Source: TPA_inf: Saccharomyces
Taxonomy: Eukaryota
Direction of reading: 5' to 3'
Assembly: GCA_000146045.2 (NCBI GenBank)
Contig: BK006943.2
Coordinates: 480,001-544,000 of the forward strand
Length of the DNA: 64,000 bases
The position numbers and the translations under genes were made by a program. Position 1 is the first letter of the stretch. Each line of letters starts with the position of its first letter. Below, one piece after another: positions 11,081-23,391 of the stretch. The notes below the pieces were generated by a model. The model was not told the origin of the DNA. It saw only the letters and a list, made by a program, of their open reading frames with translations, and ran no database searches.

Positions 11081-12262
11081 ATGATTCAAGATCCCCTTGT
11101 ATATTTAGACATCTCCATTGATAAAAAACCAATTGGTCGTATTGTCTGCAAACTTTTTCGTGAGAAGGCTCCTAAAACAACAGAGAATTTTTATAAGTTA
11201 TGCGCTGGTGATGTTAAGAGTCCTTTGAAGGATCAACAGTACCTGAGCTATAAGGGAAATGGTTTTCATAGAGTCGTTAAGAATTTTATGATCCAGGCAG
11301 GTGACATTGTCTTTGGGACACAAAAGGATTCCTCTTCATCGTCTGTTGGAAAAGGTGGATGTTCAATTTACGCTGATAAAGAGGAAGTGAAAACCGATGA
11401 TGAATCTTTCTGTTACGGGAATTTTGAAGACGAAAACTTGGGAGAGTTTGTAGAACCCTTTACCTTAGGTATGGCCAATTTAGGTTCTCCAAATACGAAC
11501 AATTCCCAGTTTTTCATAACTACATACGCCGCACCTCATTTGAACGGCAAGCATTCTATTTTTGGGCAGGTGGTTCATGGAAAATCAGTGGTTCGCACTA
11601 TAGAAAACTGCAGGGTAGATTCTGATGGAGTCCCTGAATCAGACGTTAGAATCAGCGACTGTGGAGTGTGGGAAAAAACTATGGGTGTCCCGCTTTACAA
11701 CGCTTCTAATGACCAAATTGGCGGTGACGTATACGAAGAATATCCAGACGATGATACACATTTCGGTGACGATGATTTTGGTAAGGCTCTTGAGGCTGCT
11801 AATATAATCAAAGAATCTGGGACGCTCTTATTTAAGAAAAAGGATTACTCTAATGCCTTTTTCAAATACAGAAAATCTTTAAATTATATCAATGAATACA
11901 TGCCTGAACCCGACGTAGACAAAGAAAGAAACATCCAATTTATTAACCTAAAGATGAAAATTTACCTAAATTTATCTTTGGTGCTCTTTAATCTGGAAAG
12001 ATACGATGATGCTATCATGTATGCTACGTATTTATTGGAGATGGATAACGTTCCTAACAGAGATCAAGCAAAGGCTTATTATAGAAGAGGTAACAGTTAC
12101 TTAAAAAAAAAGAGACTAGACGAAGCTTTACAAGATTATATTTTTTGTAAAGAGAAAAATCCCGATGACGAAGTTATAGAACAAAGAATAGAATATGTCA
12201 ATAGGCTCATAGAAGAGAATAAGGAAAAGACAAGAAAGAATATATCAAAGTTTTTCTCCTAA
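11081..12262 (+). CDS. CPR7: CPR7, cyclophilin-type peptidyl-prolyl isomerase with C-terminal TPR repeats (393 aa).
   Basis: Cyclophilin core (FHRVVKNFMIQAGD, GMANLGSPNTNNSQFFIT) plus a TPR tail (AKAYYRRGNSYLKKKRLDEALQDY). ATG at 11081. Confidence 0.95.
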   Translation: MIQDPLVYLDISIDKKPIGRIVCKLFREKAPKTTENFYKLCAGDVKSPLKDQQYLSYKGNGFHRVVKNFMIQAGDIVFGTQKDSSSSSVGKGGCSIYADKEEVKTDDESFCYGNFEDENLGEFVEPFTLGMANLGSPNTNNSQFFITTYAAPHLNGKHSIFGQVVHGKSVVRTIENCRVDSDGVPESDVRISDCGVWEKTMGVPLYNASNDQIGGDVYEEYPDDDTHFGDDDFGKALEAANIIKESGTLLFKKKDYSNAFFKYRKSLNYINEYMPEPDVDKERNIQFINLKMKIYLNLSLVLFNLERYDDAIMYATYLLEMDNVPNRDQAKAYYRRGNSYLKKKRLDEALQDYIFCKEKNPDDEVIEQRIEYVNRLIEENKEKTRKNISKFFS

Positions 12263-12377
12263 TTAGTTACTTGTAAGGCTGAAATTTGAGATTAAATAAC
12301 CCAATATGAAAACACTACATTAATAAGATGTAATTATTTTTATTTATAAATCCATTTATTTGATAAAAAATATGATA

Positions 12378-15300
12378 TCATACAAAGTCATCTAGTAAGT
12401 TCTTGGTAATAGCAGATTTTTTTGGCTTCTGTGGCTTTTGTGATGAAAGATCATCTAATATGTCCTTAGAGAGTTTATCTTTCCTATTTTCTGAGTTGTC
12501 TGTTTCACCCACAGAGTCGTTTGGCGCTTTTGGAGTTAAATTCTCTTTATGCTGAGAATATGAAGGAGAGACGAACTCATCCAGTATACTTCTAGGTGCA
12601 GAAGAAGAACTTTGAGCGAGGGAATTTGAAGAAGTGCTATTTGGTGGTGGTTGCAAGAAGTCGTCTAATAAGCTATTTGGTAACTTTGGATTAGGTGACT
12701 CTATATCTGAAGCACTTGGCGAGCCAAACTTATCAAAAAGACTGGGCCTCATCCTAGCAGTAGAAATTGGTTCAGACGCCATGGCGCCAATAGCAGAATA
12801 TGCTCTATCCTTGGTGGGGCTCTTTAATAGCTTCTGAACTGGTATGGAATTTCTTTCGATGAACTTCCAATTCTTCACAAGTGAAACCGCCAGGTAATTG
12901 CAACCCATTCGGCAAAGAATATCAGTAACTCTTAAGATCAGAGTACACTCGATTTTTGCTTCAACATTTAGAGATCCAATGAAATACTTCAAGTTTCTGT
13001 TTCTCAGGTGATTGTATAGATAGAGCAAAGCAGGGTCTTCAACAAGGAATGATCTGTTAACACAGACTTCCTTATCAACAATGCTTGAGTTGTTTTCTAA
13101 ATCAATCGGAGCAGTCAGCAAAGCTTTAATAGCCACTTCCTGCTTTCTCAATTTCCAGTAAATGAAACTTGCTTTCCATCTATCATTCTCCTTTATTGTT
13201 TCAGGTAGCATTTGCGCTGTCAATAGCTCTCCCAACACGGGTCCATTATCACCTTCATAAACACGACATACACCGATTGCCAAATCCATATCATGCACTT
13301 GCTTGCAAAGAACGTTGACACAATCTTTTAGAGAGTCAGTTAAGAGAAAGAAAACTGCTGCATCCATATATCTATGCTTACTTAGCAGAACAAAAGCATT
13401 TTTGAGTGCTGCCGTTCTCCACCTCGGTACAGTGAAATCATTACTGATAAATCTAACCATCTTTTGCTGCTCAGGATGACCAATAGCCATCTTCCACAAG
13501 CTCAATAGTATCTGTTTTTTCTTCAACGCAAGATAAAAAATAGCACAACGGCTTGGATCCCTCTTATCATCTTTGGAAAATTCATATTTTGCAATATCCT
13601 CGAATTTCTTCACCAAGTCCTGCTCCTTAATCCAATAGGCTATTCTATATTCTCGAGCGCGATTCCATGAGGTTATGTGGCGGTCAATAGAAGATAATAA
13701 TATTTCTTTATTGTCTGAGTGCAATGCCCAAGACACATCCCTCATCAATATGCTTTTTTGAATATTTTTATGTGATAAAAATAACTTCACGCCCAACAAG
13801 AACCTAACACCGTTGTAATCTACTATATTCTCATTTTTGGTGACTTCATCCACTGCTTCAATGACTGTGATAAGCGTGATCTGCTGGTGGCGGGTTAGAT
13901 AAGGCAAAGTTGTTTTCGTTAGTTGCTCAGTAAGTGCTAGAGACACTGTCTTATTGAAACAGGGGTATGGATCAGGGAAAGATTCGACCGGATAGTCTCT
14001 ATCTTTAGCAATAAAGTACTTTAATGGATCCATTCCTAGATTGGAATCCAAATTAGATACATCTTGCGATTCAAAGTCTAATTTTCTTAACGCTAAAAAC
14101 AATCTTAATAACAGCTCCTTGACAAGTTGTAACTTATTCGCATAAATGGCTTGAATCAAAAATTGTGGATGATAAACTGGAAGTGGACCATTTAAAACAC
14201 TACTTAAATGGAGAATATCATTTGATAAAATTTTTCTTGAACCAATTGATTGGTACGTAAATGGATCAGTCAAATCCAGAGATTTATCCTTGATGTAAAA
14301 TTGATTTCCGGAAGCAACAACAAACGTGCCATTTTTCATCCATACGGAGTCACCTATATTATGAGCTGTATGTGCTGTGATATCAATTTTTTCAATAGGT
14401 AGGTAACTAGGTGTGTTGTTCGTGTAATCATACCTTAATTGAGTATAAAGTAAAGCGTATCCTGTAAATCCGATAGAGACAATGCTTTGGCCATATTCCG
14501 TGCTTGTCCAATCTATATCCTCGATAGGATTATGAAATGTTTCTTCGTATTCAAGAACTCCCCTGTTCAGGTCCCATAGTGACATTACTTTACCAGTAGA
14601 ATTAACAATACATAACTTACCTGTAGATGATCCTCTAATACATGTACAATTCATTATTCCGGTGTTAATTTCACATGCCTTGATCCATTGGACATGCCTA
14701 TCATTATAATTAACGATGGCTTTATACGTTCTGGTAAGACCTTTTTTAGTAATCAAAGAAATCAAAGGCCTGTTACTCACAAAAGTTTGATGTACAGGGT
14801 CAATAATGGAGATCTTGTATATGTCGTCACCATCGATATCTAATGAATCAGACTTTACTTCAAAAATACCACGTGTTAAAGAGACTTCAAAAGCTTTGAT
14901 TGAACCATCAGAGAATATTAACGCGGTGAAATGACGCTCATGACTATGCTTTGGCTCAGGTGTATTTAACATAACTATTGGATGGATTTTTTTCTCCTCT
15001 TTCAGTCTCGTTTCCACACGTAAATATGATTGCTTCTGTTCACTGTCCTCCTTACGATTCGTTGGACATTCCCAGGCTTGTAAAGCCCCATTTTCGAGAA
15101 GACAGATGACCTGTTTACCCAACTCATGTACAACTGCAAATTTTATGGGAGATTCTGTTTGTATTGTATTTTGTAACCGCAGTGAAACCCCATGGTTTAA
15201 CTTTTGTGGGTACCAAACGCCATTTTCTGAGAATCTCGAAGTGGTTAATAAAGCTTCGCCGTCGCTGCTTCTTACCAACTTCTGCACAGATTTGTTATGT

Positions 15301-16451
15301 CCCGTAAATTTGTGCTCTAAAGCGGCACTCAGATCTTCGGTTTTATTGTTTATAAGCTGCAGAATGTCGATTAGTAAATGTCTGATTACACCTTGTAAAT
15401 CGTGGACGAGAAAAGAAAGTTTGCCCTTCACATTGTCATAGGGTTGTATTTCGGGGAGGTACAAATATCTTGTATCGTTTAGCATAGTTGCTTTCTTGAC
15501 TTTTTTATGGGAAATGGTCTTTTTAGTCATTGGTTTTGGAGGATCTTGGGAAAGATTATTCAAAGCCAAAACTTCCATTTCCCCAGTCATTGAACCCAGA
15601 ATAACAATGTCTGAGTCAGATATATCAAAGATTTCCGAGTCTTTCACACTGAGAGTTTGCCTAATGATCCAATTGTCTATTATCACGCAGAACTTCTGCG
15701 TGGGGGAAAGAGGCACTTCACCCCATATTTGCACAGTATGGTTTTTCTCCATTTCAAAACAAGACCATATTCTCAGAACTTTATCTTCACACAGCGTATA
15801 AAGAGCATGAGAGGCAGTGTTGTTTTTACTCACCTGGTCTGGCTCTTTTTTCCACCGCATTGCAGTTATAGGTTTCGGATGAGGCAACATAGTAAGGTTA
15901 AAGATGGCTTGTTCTCCGACTATTGAAACACGCTTCCATAGTTTAGCATTACAGTCGTACTTCCCAATACTGACTATCAGCTGCGAATCTTGTGATATAA
16001 TCACATTATAAACAGGTTTAGGCTGTTTTTGGTTCCACTGCAAAATAGGTTGATACACACCAAAATTATCCTTAATTTTCCAAAAAGAAAGAAAATCAGA
16101 TCCAATGGCTAACTCATTATCAGAAGACCATCTTAGGCAGTTTACTGGCGTGTCATCATGGAACAACTGGCAACATTGGGTCCACTTGGGATTCTGCATA
16201 ATTTGATGAATGGGCTTGTAGATGAGCACCCTATTGTGGAAGGAAAGGGCAATGAATCCATTCTGGCTGTTAATATCGACCGCAGTACAGTCTGATTGTG
16301 TATATATGGTCTGTAACCTAGTGAATTTGTTGGTAAGTATGATTAAATTATTCCCTGAACAATATGCAAAGATGGTATGATTTTGCCATGTTGCTTGACA
16401 AGCTGTCTGAGGGGTAGCATTGGGGCGTCCTGGAAGAAAGTTCAATGACAT
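12378..16451 (-). CDS. RAV1: RAV1, RAVE complex subunit that regulates V-ATPase assembly (1357 aa, WD repeats).
   Basis: 1357-aa ORF with ATG at 16449-16451 and an N-terminal WD-repeat region. Position between CPR7 and PET191 matches YJR033C. Confidence 0.93.
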   Translation of the reverse strand: MSLNFLPGRPNATPQTACQATWQNHTIFAYCSGNNLIILTNKFTRLQTIYTQSDCTAVDINSQNGFIALSFHNRVLIYKPIHQIMQNPKWTQCCQLFHDDTPVNCLRWSSDNELAIGSDFLSFWKIKDNFGVYQPILQWNQKQPKPVYNVIISQDSQLIVSIGKYDCNAKLWKRVSIVGEQAIFNLTMLPHPKPITAMRWKKEPDQVSKNNTASHALYTLCEDKVLRIWSCFEMEKNHTVQIWGEVPLSPTQKFCVIIDNWIIRQTLSVKDSEIFDISDSDIVILGSMTGEMEVLALNNLSQDPPKPMTKKTISHKKVKKATMLNDTRYLYLPEIQPYDNVKGKLSFLVHDLQGVIRHLLIDILQLINNKTEDLSAALEHKFTGHNKSVQKLVRSSDGEALLTTSRFSENGVWYPQKLNHGVSLRLQNTIQTESPIKFAVVHELGKQVICLLENGALQAWECPTNRKEDSEQKQSYLRVETRLKEEKKIHPIVMLNTPEPKHSHERHFTALIFSDGSIKAFEVSLTRGIFEVKSDSLDIDGDDIYKISIIDPVHQTFVSNRPLISLITKKGLTRTYKAIVNYNDRHVQWIKACEINTGIMNCTCIRGSSTGKLCIVNSTGKVMSLWDLNRGVLEYEETFHNPIEDIDWTSTEYGQSIVSIGFTGYALLYTQLRYDYTNNTPSYLPIEKIDITAHTAHNIGDSVWMKNGTFVVASGNQFYIKDKSLDLTDPFTYQSIGSRKILSNDILHLSSVLNGPLPVYHPQFLIQAIYANKLQLVKELLLRLFLALRKLDFESQDVSNLDSNLGMDPLKYFIAKDRDYPVESFPDPYPCFNKTVSLALTEQLTKTTLPYLTRHQQITLITVIEAVDEVTKNENIVDYNGVRFLLGVKLFLSHKNIQKSILMRDVSWALHSDNKEILLSSIDRHITSWNRAREYRIAYWIKEQDLVKKFEDIAKYEFSKDDKRDPSRCAIFYLALKKKQILLSLWKMAIGHPEQQKMVRFISNDFTVPRWRTAALKNAFVLLSKHRYMDAAVFFLLTDSLKDCVNVLCKQVHDMDLAIGVCRVYEGDNGPVLGELLTAQMLPETIKENDRWKASFIYWKLRKQEVAIKALLTAPIDLENNSSIVDKEVCVNRSFLVEDPALLYLYNHLRNRNLKYFIGSLNVEAKIECTLILRVTDILCRMGCNYLAVSLVKNWKFIERNSIPVQKLLKSPTKDRAYSAIGAMASEPISTARMRPSLFDKFGSPSASDIESPNPKLPNSLLDDFLQPPPNSTSSNSLAQSSSSAPRSILDEFVSPSYSQHKENLTPKAPNDSVGETDNSENRKDKLSKDILDDLSSQKPQKPKKSAITKNLLDDFV

Positions 16452-16682
16452 GAGAACTACCTTTGCGTGTGCACGTTTGTTTACTTTCTCAATTGTTTGC
16501 GGTGTTCTTAGATCCCTTTAATTATTAAAAAAACTGAAGTGCTTGAAACAATAACATAACGAGGTTTCGCTATGCGGGCAGCTTTAAAGAAAGAGGGATA
16601 GTATATTAAAAGGCTGCCATAACAATTAATCGGAACAGAATAGACACAAATAAATTTGCAGTGCGTTTGTAGATATCAAAGA

Positions 16683-17009
16683 ATGGTAGCTAGTTGTAAA
16701 GATCAGAAGAAGGCTGTCGCTATATGTTTGCAGAGATCGCCCTGTGTCATGATAGAGAGACATAACCCTCAAGAATGTCTTGACAATCCAGAGCTGAATA
16801 AGGATCTGCCCGAACTTTGTATTGCTCAGATGAAAGCATTTTTGGATTGTAAGCGAGGAATCGTCGACATGACTAAGCGGTTCACAGGTAACGCACCTCT
16901 GTCGACTGGCAAGTACGATCAACAGTACGAAAACTTGTGCAAAGGAAAGTTTGATCCGAGGGAGGAGATGGAAAAGCTAAAACTTCTGAACAGCCAGCAG
17001 AAGGACTGA
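16683..17009 (+). CDS. PET191: PET191, twin-Cx9C mitochondrial cytochrome c oxidase assembly factor (108 aa).
   Basis: First ATG is at 16683 (MVASCKDQKKAVAICLQRSPCVMIERHNPQECLDNPELNKDLPELC...). The tracked ORF starts at an upstream non-ATG codon. Cx9C motifs are present. Confidence 0.9.
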   Translation: MVASCKDQKKAVAICLQRSPCVMIERHNPQECLDNPELNKDLPELCIAQMKAFLDCKRGIVDMTKRFTGNAPLSTGKYDQQYENLCKGKFDPREEMEKLKLLNSQQKD

Positions 17010-17098
17010 TTATTTATGAAAATTGGCCTGTAAATATATACATAAATAAATATATGCGTCAAGCTCTTTTATTCGGTTTGTCCAGTAATCCTCTTACA

Positions 17099-17117
17099 AT
17101 ATATATATATATATATA
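17099..17117. repeat. (AT)9-10 dinucleotide microsatellite in the PET191/RAD26 intergenic region.
   Basis: ATATATATATATATATATA. Confidence 0.9.
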
Positions 17118-17303
17118 CGCATGTAGCGTATTCAAGAACATTACATTTAAAAAATAGAGGGTAGAACAATAAAAATGCACTTAACAAGTTCCGTAAGTAG
17201 AAATTATAATCAGTCTAAGTACAAATTTATACCTTAGCTTCATTTCAGTTAAGGGCGATGCAATAAAAGTGGAAGAAAAAAAAAGAAGGGAAGAGGTTTG
17301 ATA

Positions 17304-17325
17304 ATATATATATATATATATATAT
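17304..17325. repeat. (TA)11 dinucleotide microsatellite about 30 bp upstream of the RAD26 ATG.
   Basis: TATATATATATATATATATATA. Confidence 0.9.
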
Positions 17326-17354
17326 AACATTGCTCAGAGAAACATACATCAGTG

Positions 17355-20300
17355 ATGGAAGATAAAGAGCAGCAAGACAATGCGAAACTTGAAAACAATG
17401 AGTCACTAAAAGATCTGGGAGTTAACGTGCTTTCCCAAAGCAGTTTGGAGGAAAAAATAGCTAATGATGTAACTAACTTTAGCAACCTACAATCGCTGCA
17501 GCAAGAAGAGACTCGTCTAGAACGGAGTAAGACCGCTCTGCAACGTTATGTCAATAAGAAGAATCATCTCACAAGGAAGTTGAACAATACCACTAGGATA
17601 TCTGTTAAGCAGAATCTCCGAGACCAGATCAAGAACTTACAATCAGACGATATTGAACGAGTTCTGAAGGACATAGACGATATCCAATCAAGGATTAAAG
17701 AGTTGAAAGAGCAGGTAGATCAAGGTGCTGAAAATAAAGGTTCCAAAGAGGGGCTGCAGAGACCCGGTGAAACTGAGAAGGAGTTTTTAATCAGGACTGG
17801 TAAGATCACTGCATTTGGACACAAGGCTGGTTTCAGCTTGGACACTGCAAACAGAGAGTATGCCAAGAATGACGAACAAAAAGATGAGGATTTTGAAATG
17901 GCAACAGAACAAATGGTAGAAAATTTAACGGATGAGGATGACAATCTCAGCGATCAAGACTATCAAATGAGTGGTAAAGAGAGTGAAGATGACGAAGAAG
18001 AAGAAAATGACGATAAAATTCTCAAAGAACTGGAAGACCTGCGGTTCAGAGGCCAACCTGGTGAGGCGAAGGATGATGGGGACGAGTTGTATTATCAAGA
18101 AAGGTTAAAAAAATGGGTGAAACAACGTTCTTGCGGTAGTCAAAGGTCATCGGACTTGCCAGAATGGCGAAGACCTCATCCGAATATTCCCGACGCAAAA
18201 CTTAATAGCCAGTTCAAAATACCCGGTGAAATATACTCGCTGTTATTTAATTACCAAAAGACGTGCGTTCAGTGGCTCTATGAGCTTTACCAGCAGAACT
18301 GTGGCGGTATTATTGGTGACGAAATGGGTCTGGGAAAAACGATTCAAGTTATCGCATTTATCGCAGCGTTGCATCATTCAGGTCTATTAACAGGCCCTGT
18401 ATTAATTGTCTGTCCTGCAACTGTGATGAAGCAATGGTGTAATGAGTTCCAGCATTGGTGGCCTCCATTGAGGACGGTCATATTGCACTCAATGGGTTCA
18501 GGAATGGCTTCTGACCAAAAATTTAAGATGGATGAAAACGATCTAGAGAACTTGATAATGAATTCAAAGCCAAGTGATTTTTCTTACGAGGATTGGAAGA
18601 ACTCAACAAGGACAAAGAAGGCATTGGAATCAAGCTATCATTTAGATAAGTTGATAGATAAAGTCGTTACTGATGGGCACATTTTAATTACCACGTACGT
18701 TGGGTTAAGAATACATTCAGATAAGCTACTAAAAGTTAAATGGCAGTATGCTGTTTTAGATGAGGGACATAAGATTAGAAACCCAGATTCGGAGATTTCA
18801 TTGACTTGCAAAAAACTGAAGACACATAATAGGATCATTCTTTCAGGAACACCGATACAGAATAATTTAACCGAGCTTTGGTCGCTTTTTGATTTCATTT
18901 TCCCTGGTAAATTAGGAACTCTACCTGTGTTTCAACAACAGTTTGTCATACCTATAAATATTGGTGGTTATGCAAACGCAACAAACATACAAGTTCAGAC
19001 CGGCTACAAATGTGCTGTTGCATTGCGTGACTTGATTTCACCGTACCTGTTACGTCGTGTGAAAGCTGATGTTGCAAAAGATCTGCCACAAAAGAAAGAA
19101 ATGGTTCTCTTTTGTAAGCTTACGAAATATCAAAGAAGCAAATATTTGGAGTTTCTGCATTCTTCAGATTTAAACCAAATACAAAACGGTAAGAGAAATG
19201 TTCTATTTGGTATCGACATTCTAAGGAAAATATGTAATCACCCCGATTTACTTGACAGAGATACAAAGAGACATAATCCAGATTACGGTGATCCTAAAAG
19301 ATCCGGAAAAATGCAGGTTGTCAAGCAATTATTATTACTGTGGCATAAGCAGGGCTATAAAGCCCTACTCTTCACTCAATCGAGACAAATGCTCGATATT
19401 CTAGAGGAGTTTATATCAACGAAAGATCCCGATTTATCACATTTGAACTACCTACGAATGGATGGGACAACTAATATCAAAGGGAGACAGTCGTTAGTTG
19501 ACCGGTTTAACAATGAATCTTTCGATGTATTCTTACTAACCACAAGAGTTGGGGGGCTAGGTGTTAATTTAACCGGTGCTAATAGAATTATCATTTTTGA
19601 TCCAGACTGGAACCCATCTACTGACATGCAAGCTCGAGAAAGGGCATGGAGGATTGGGCAGAAAAGAGAGGTATCAATATATAGGTTGATGGTAGGAGGT
19701 TCAATAGAGGAGAAGATTTATCATAGACAAATATTCAAACAATTCTTAACCAACAGGATTTTGACTGATCCTAAGCAGAAACGATTTTTCAAAATTCACG
19801 AACTCCATGATCTGTTTTCACTGGGGGGTGAAAACGGTTATTCTACAGAAGAATTGAACGAAGAAGTTCAAAAACATACCGAAAATTTAAAAAATTCCAA
19901 ATCAGAGGAAAGTGACGATTTTGAACAACTGGTCAACCTATCTGGCGTATCTAAACTAGAAAGCTTTTATAACGGTAAGGAAAAAAAAGAGAATAGTAAA
20001 ACAGAGGATGATAGATTAATCGAAGGGTTGCTAGGAGGAGAGAGCAATTTAGAAACCGTTATGAGTCATGATTCGGTTGTCAATTCGCACGCGGGCAGTT
20101 CTTCTTCGAATATAATTACAAAAGAGGCTTCCAGAGTAGCGATTGAGGCGGTTAATGCGCTAAGGAAATCGAGAAAAAAGATCACTAAGCAATATGAAAT
20201 TGGGACACCTACTTGGACAGGTAGGTTTGGTAAAGCAGGTAAAATTAGAAAGAGAGATCCGTTGAAAAATAAATTAACTGGATCAGCTGCCATTTTAGGC

Positions 20301-20612
20301 AATATTACAAAATCACAAAAAGAGGCATCCAAGGAAGCTCGCCAAGAAAATTACGACGATGGTATAACCTTCGCAAGATCCAAGGAAATCAATTCCAATA
20401 CCAAAACGCTAGAAAATATTCGGGCATATTTACAGAAACAGAATAACTTTTTCTCATCTAGTGTTAGCATACTTAACAGCATTGGCGTCAGTCTTTCTGA
20501 TAAAGAAGACGTTATTAAGGTTAGAGCATTATTAAAAACCATAGCACAGTTTGATAAAGAGCGTAAAGGGTGGGTGCTTGATGAAGAATTTAGGAATAAC
20601 AATGCTTCATGA
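17355..20612 (+). CDS. RAD26: RAD26, SNF2-family DNA-dependent ATPase for transcription-coupled repair and the CSB homolog (1085 aa).
   Basis: ATG at 17355; the tracked ORF starts at GTG 17352. Helicase motifs GDEMGLGKT (I), LDEGHKIRN (II, DEGH box), LLFTQSRQMLDIL and a QARERAWRIGQKR (VI). Confidence 0.95.
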   Translation: MEDKEQQDNAKLENNESLKDLGVNVLSQSSLEEKIANDVTNFSNLQSLQQEETRLERSKTALQRYVNKKNHLTRKLNNTTRISVKQNLRDQIKNLQSDDIERVLKDIDDIQSRIKELKEQVDQGAENKGSKEGLQRPGETEKEFLIRTGKITAFGHKAGFSLDTANREYAKNDEQKDEDFEMATEQMVENLTDEDDNLSDQDYQMSGKESEDDEEEENDDKILKELEDLRFRGQPGEAKDDGDELYYQERLKKWVKQRSCGSQRSSDLPEWRRPHPNIPDAKLNSQFKIPGEIYSLLFNYQKTCVQWLYELYQQNCGGIIGDEMGLGKTIQVIAFIAALHHSGLLTGPVLIVCPATVMKQWCNEFQHWWPPLRTVILHSMGSGMASDQKFKMDENDLENLIMNSKPSDFSYEDWKNSTRTKKALESSYHLDKLIDKVVTDGHILITTYVGLRIHSDKLLKVKWQYAVLDEGHKIRNPDSEISLTCKKLKTHNRIILSGTPIQNNLTELWSLFDFIFPGKLGTLPVFQQQFVIPINIGGYANATNIQVQTGYKCAVALRDLISPYLLRRVKADVAKDLPQKKEMVLFCKLTKYQRSKYLEFLHSSDLNQIQNGKRNVLFGIDILRKICNHPDLLDRDTKRHNPDYGDPKRSGKMQVVKQLLLLWHKQGYKALLFTQSRQMLDILEEFISTKDPDLSHLNYLRMDGTTNIKGRQSLVDRFNNESFDVFLLTTRVGGLGVNLTGANRIIIFDPDWNPSTDMQARERAWRIGQKREVSIYRLMVGGSIEEKIYHRQIFKQFLTNRILTDPKQKRFFKIHELHDLFSLGGENGYSTEELNEEVQKHTENLKNSKSEESDDFEQLVNLSGVSKLESFYNGKEKKENSKTEDDRLIEGLLGGESNLETVMSHDSVVNSHAGSSSSNIITKEASRVAIEAVNALRKSRKKITKQYEIGTPTWTGRFGKAGKIRKRDPLKNKLTGSAAILGNITKSQKEASKEARQENYDDGITFARSKEINSNTKTLENIRAYLQKQNNFFSSSVSILNSIGVSLSDKEDVIKVRALLKTIAQFDKERKGWVLDEEFRNNNAS

Positions 20613-20712
20613 AAACTTAGAATGGACAGAGTACCCTTGACGTAACTTTACCCATAGAAATATCTATAAAAAATATGTATGTGTTATGTGTATATGTATA
20701 TTCTGAAGACTC

Positions 20713-23391
20713 TTAGCGGAACCCGTAACCTTCAGATTCATTAATTGCCCAAAGTAATTTCAGTTCTAGTTTTTTTTTCGAGGAATAATTCCATAAACAT
20801 ATTTCATTAAAACATGTATGAGCCAATGGCAAATCATCACTATCATGCGACCCTAGCAAGCTAATTTTGAATGGGATAGTAGAGATACCCGTTGCAGGTA
20901 TACGATCAGATGCCGTTACGAATTGTAATAATTTCTTCTGCAATGGATAGTCCCAACTTTCAATAATTTCCCAAAACCAGCAAACCGCTCTGGAATCATC
21001 GGAGAAGCCACCTACATACTTTGTCACGGATCTTAACGATTTGAAATCAAATTTAGTTTGTTCCTCATCACCACACACTAATCTCTCCAGCTCTTCAGAA
21101 TTAAATAATTTTATAGAATTGCATTCTGCGAAGACCCTTTTAAAACCTGAAACAAATTTATTGTATTGTGGCTCAATGGACTTTTCCAGATAAAATTCTA
21201 CCCATTTCATGACAAACTCATGCTTGTTACTTTGGGTTATTGGCACATTTCTGCCATTTTCACATAATTCTACCGTTACATACTCTTTGCTCGATTTACT
21301 GTCATTTAAAATCCAGTTGTTATTTCGATACGTAGTCTCAAATGTTAAAGAAAAGACGTCTTCGAAATTATCCTCTGTGTAATTGAGCATTTTTATTAAG
21401 TTCCTACTTGTCTCCGGAAACAATTCCGAGTAATCTTCAAAACTCAGAGGCTCTGAGCATAGTTTTTTATAAAGCGCCTTTGGAAATTGTAAATCTAATA
21501 TGGTACTGTTGAAAATCGCCAACCCCATGACAACTCCAAACAAGTAATATAATTCCAGTTGTGAGTTTTTTCCTTTTGATTTGTCAAAATTTGGAGGGTC
21601 AATGGCAAACCATGAACGTGAGCTTTCTTTTATGTAAATAAATAAGCCATTCATCGGATTAAACAGCGATTTTGTTAATAAGAAAAACCATTCTTTTCTC
21701 AACCCTCCCGCATCAATTCCAGGTTCATTAACAAACTCTATTCTCAGCGATTTTAATAAATCGCCTTGATGTTCCTTGATACATCTCAATGAATCATGAG
21801 AAATAACGTCACGCCGTACTTTGATTTTGAAATAAACGTCTACGGATTTGCCTTTATCCAGTGAAATTAAAAAAGCCTGTTCAGCTTCATGTTCCATGAT
21901 TCTGCGAATTTCATACTCCATAATAGAGATTTTGATGCCGAGTGACAATATAAATGGATACTTACAGAATGAAAAACATTTTTTTGTCGTCGAATTTCCC
22001 CACTCTTCAATCAGTTGATTCATTTTTGTCTTTTGAGCTACTCCTCTCCAATGATCGAAATCTTGTTTATAATCTATGAAGTCTAGCGTTATATTGTAAA
22101 AGCTTTGAATTGACAACGCTCCACGGCCATTTCTTCTAGTATTGGCTACATAATAGATGAACGTCAATTTTGCTGCAGAGTGAATATGCCAGTCTTCCTC
22201 ATATTGAAAAAATTTAAATTTCATCTTATTATTGACGGGATGCGTGAAACCACTTCCCTGTTTATCATTTGATTGTGCACTTATTGGTCTAGTACTCAGG
22301 AATTCATGGCCAGTAGTGTGATGCCGACGAAGACGAGATCGCATCTCATCTTCAGGCTTCACGTTATTTTTTGCGGTTCTATTTGATAATTCGTTCGACA
22401 GTAATCTGGAAAATTGGAAATTGATGTATAAATTTAAAATCTCTACCTGGTATGAAAAATTATCCGTAGGCGTTCGCCGTAATGATTGAATCAATTGTTG
22501 AGATGTTTTTGTTGATAGGTTAGACAAGTAGCCAATACATCGTTTGGCCAACTCATAAGACACCGCCCTTATTTGTTGGGTCTCAAACACATTTTTGCTC
22601 TTCCGATCTCTAATAAGGCAGGTTCGTATTGTAGGTATATTTAATATAATCAGCAACCAACGATACTGTAATATTTGCAAATTTTCCCCTTTATTGATTG
22701 TTATTCTCTTCAGTAGATCGTTACAGCAACACAGCATACTATAATACGGTTTCCTTGTAGGAAGATTTGATAATATACTGTAAAATCTTTGTAAAACTTC
22801 ATAATTCAGCATCTTTATATTCTTTCCACCATCATGTACCAAGAACGACCTGTTTAAAATGCTAACATCATGAAATCTGTCCAGTAAATACGTTATTACC
22901 GGTTGGAAAATCAACCCCTTTCTTTCTTTATCCAGAATCCCAGTCTTCTTAAGCCGCTGCAAATCATCATGGCACCGCCTTACTACCATCTGCAAACCCT
23001 CTAATGTGCACGAAATATGCGTACTAGATTCCAAATTACTGTTAATTTCCGGCTCCTTTACAATAACTGTTACTTGGCATGCGCTGCATCGAAATTTCGT
23101 TATGGAGGCTGGAAACCGTAGTGGGACACCACAACATAGGCAATTAAGTGAAATTAGACAGGATTTATCTTCTTCCCCTGACACGGATGCCGAAGAGTTC
23201 CGCTTATTGCTTTTGCTATTTGAGCAACTTCCGTCCTTTACACTAGCGGCTAAGGACCGTTCCGACGTGCGCCTTCCTGATTTGGGTAACCTGTTCTTAG
23301 TATGGGCTACAGAATGTGATAGCAACTCCTTCGACACAGATCCATCTCTACCGTCTTTTTTTGCATTAAGCTTATCAAATAAAGAAACCAT
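20713..23391 (-). CDS. HUL4: HUL4, HECT-domain E3 ubiquitin ligase (892 aa).
   Basis: C-terminal HECT domain with catalytic-Cys context ([23 protein letters not shown]). 892 aa with ATG at 23389-23391. Confidence 0.93.
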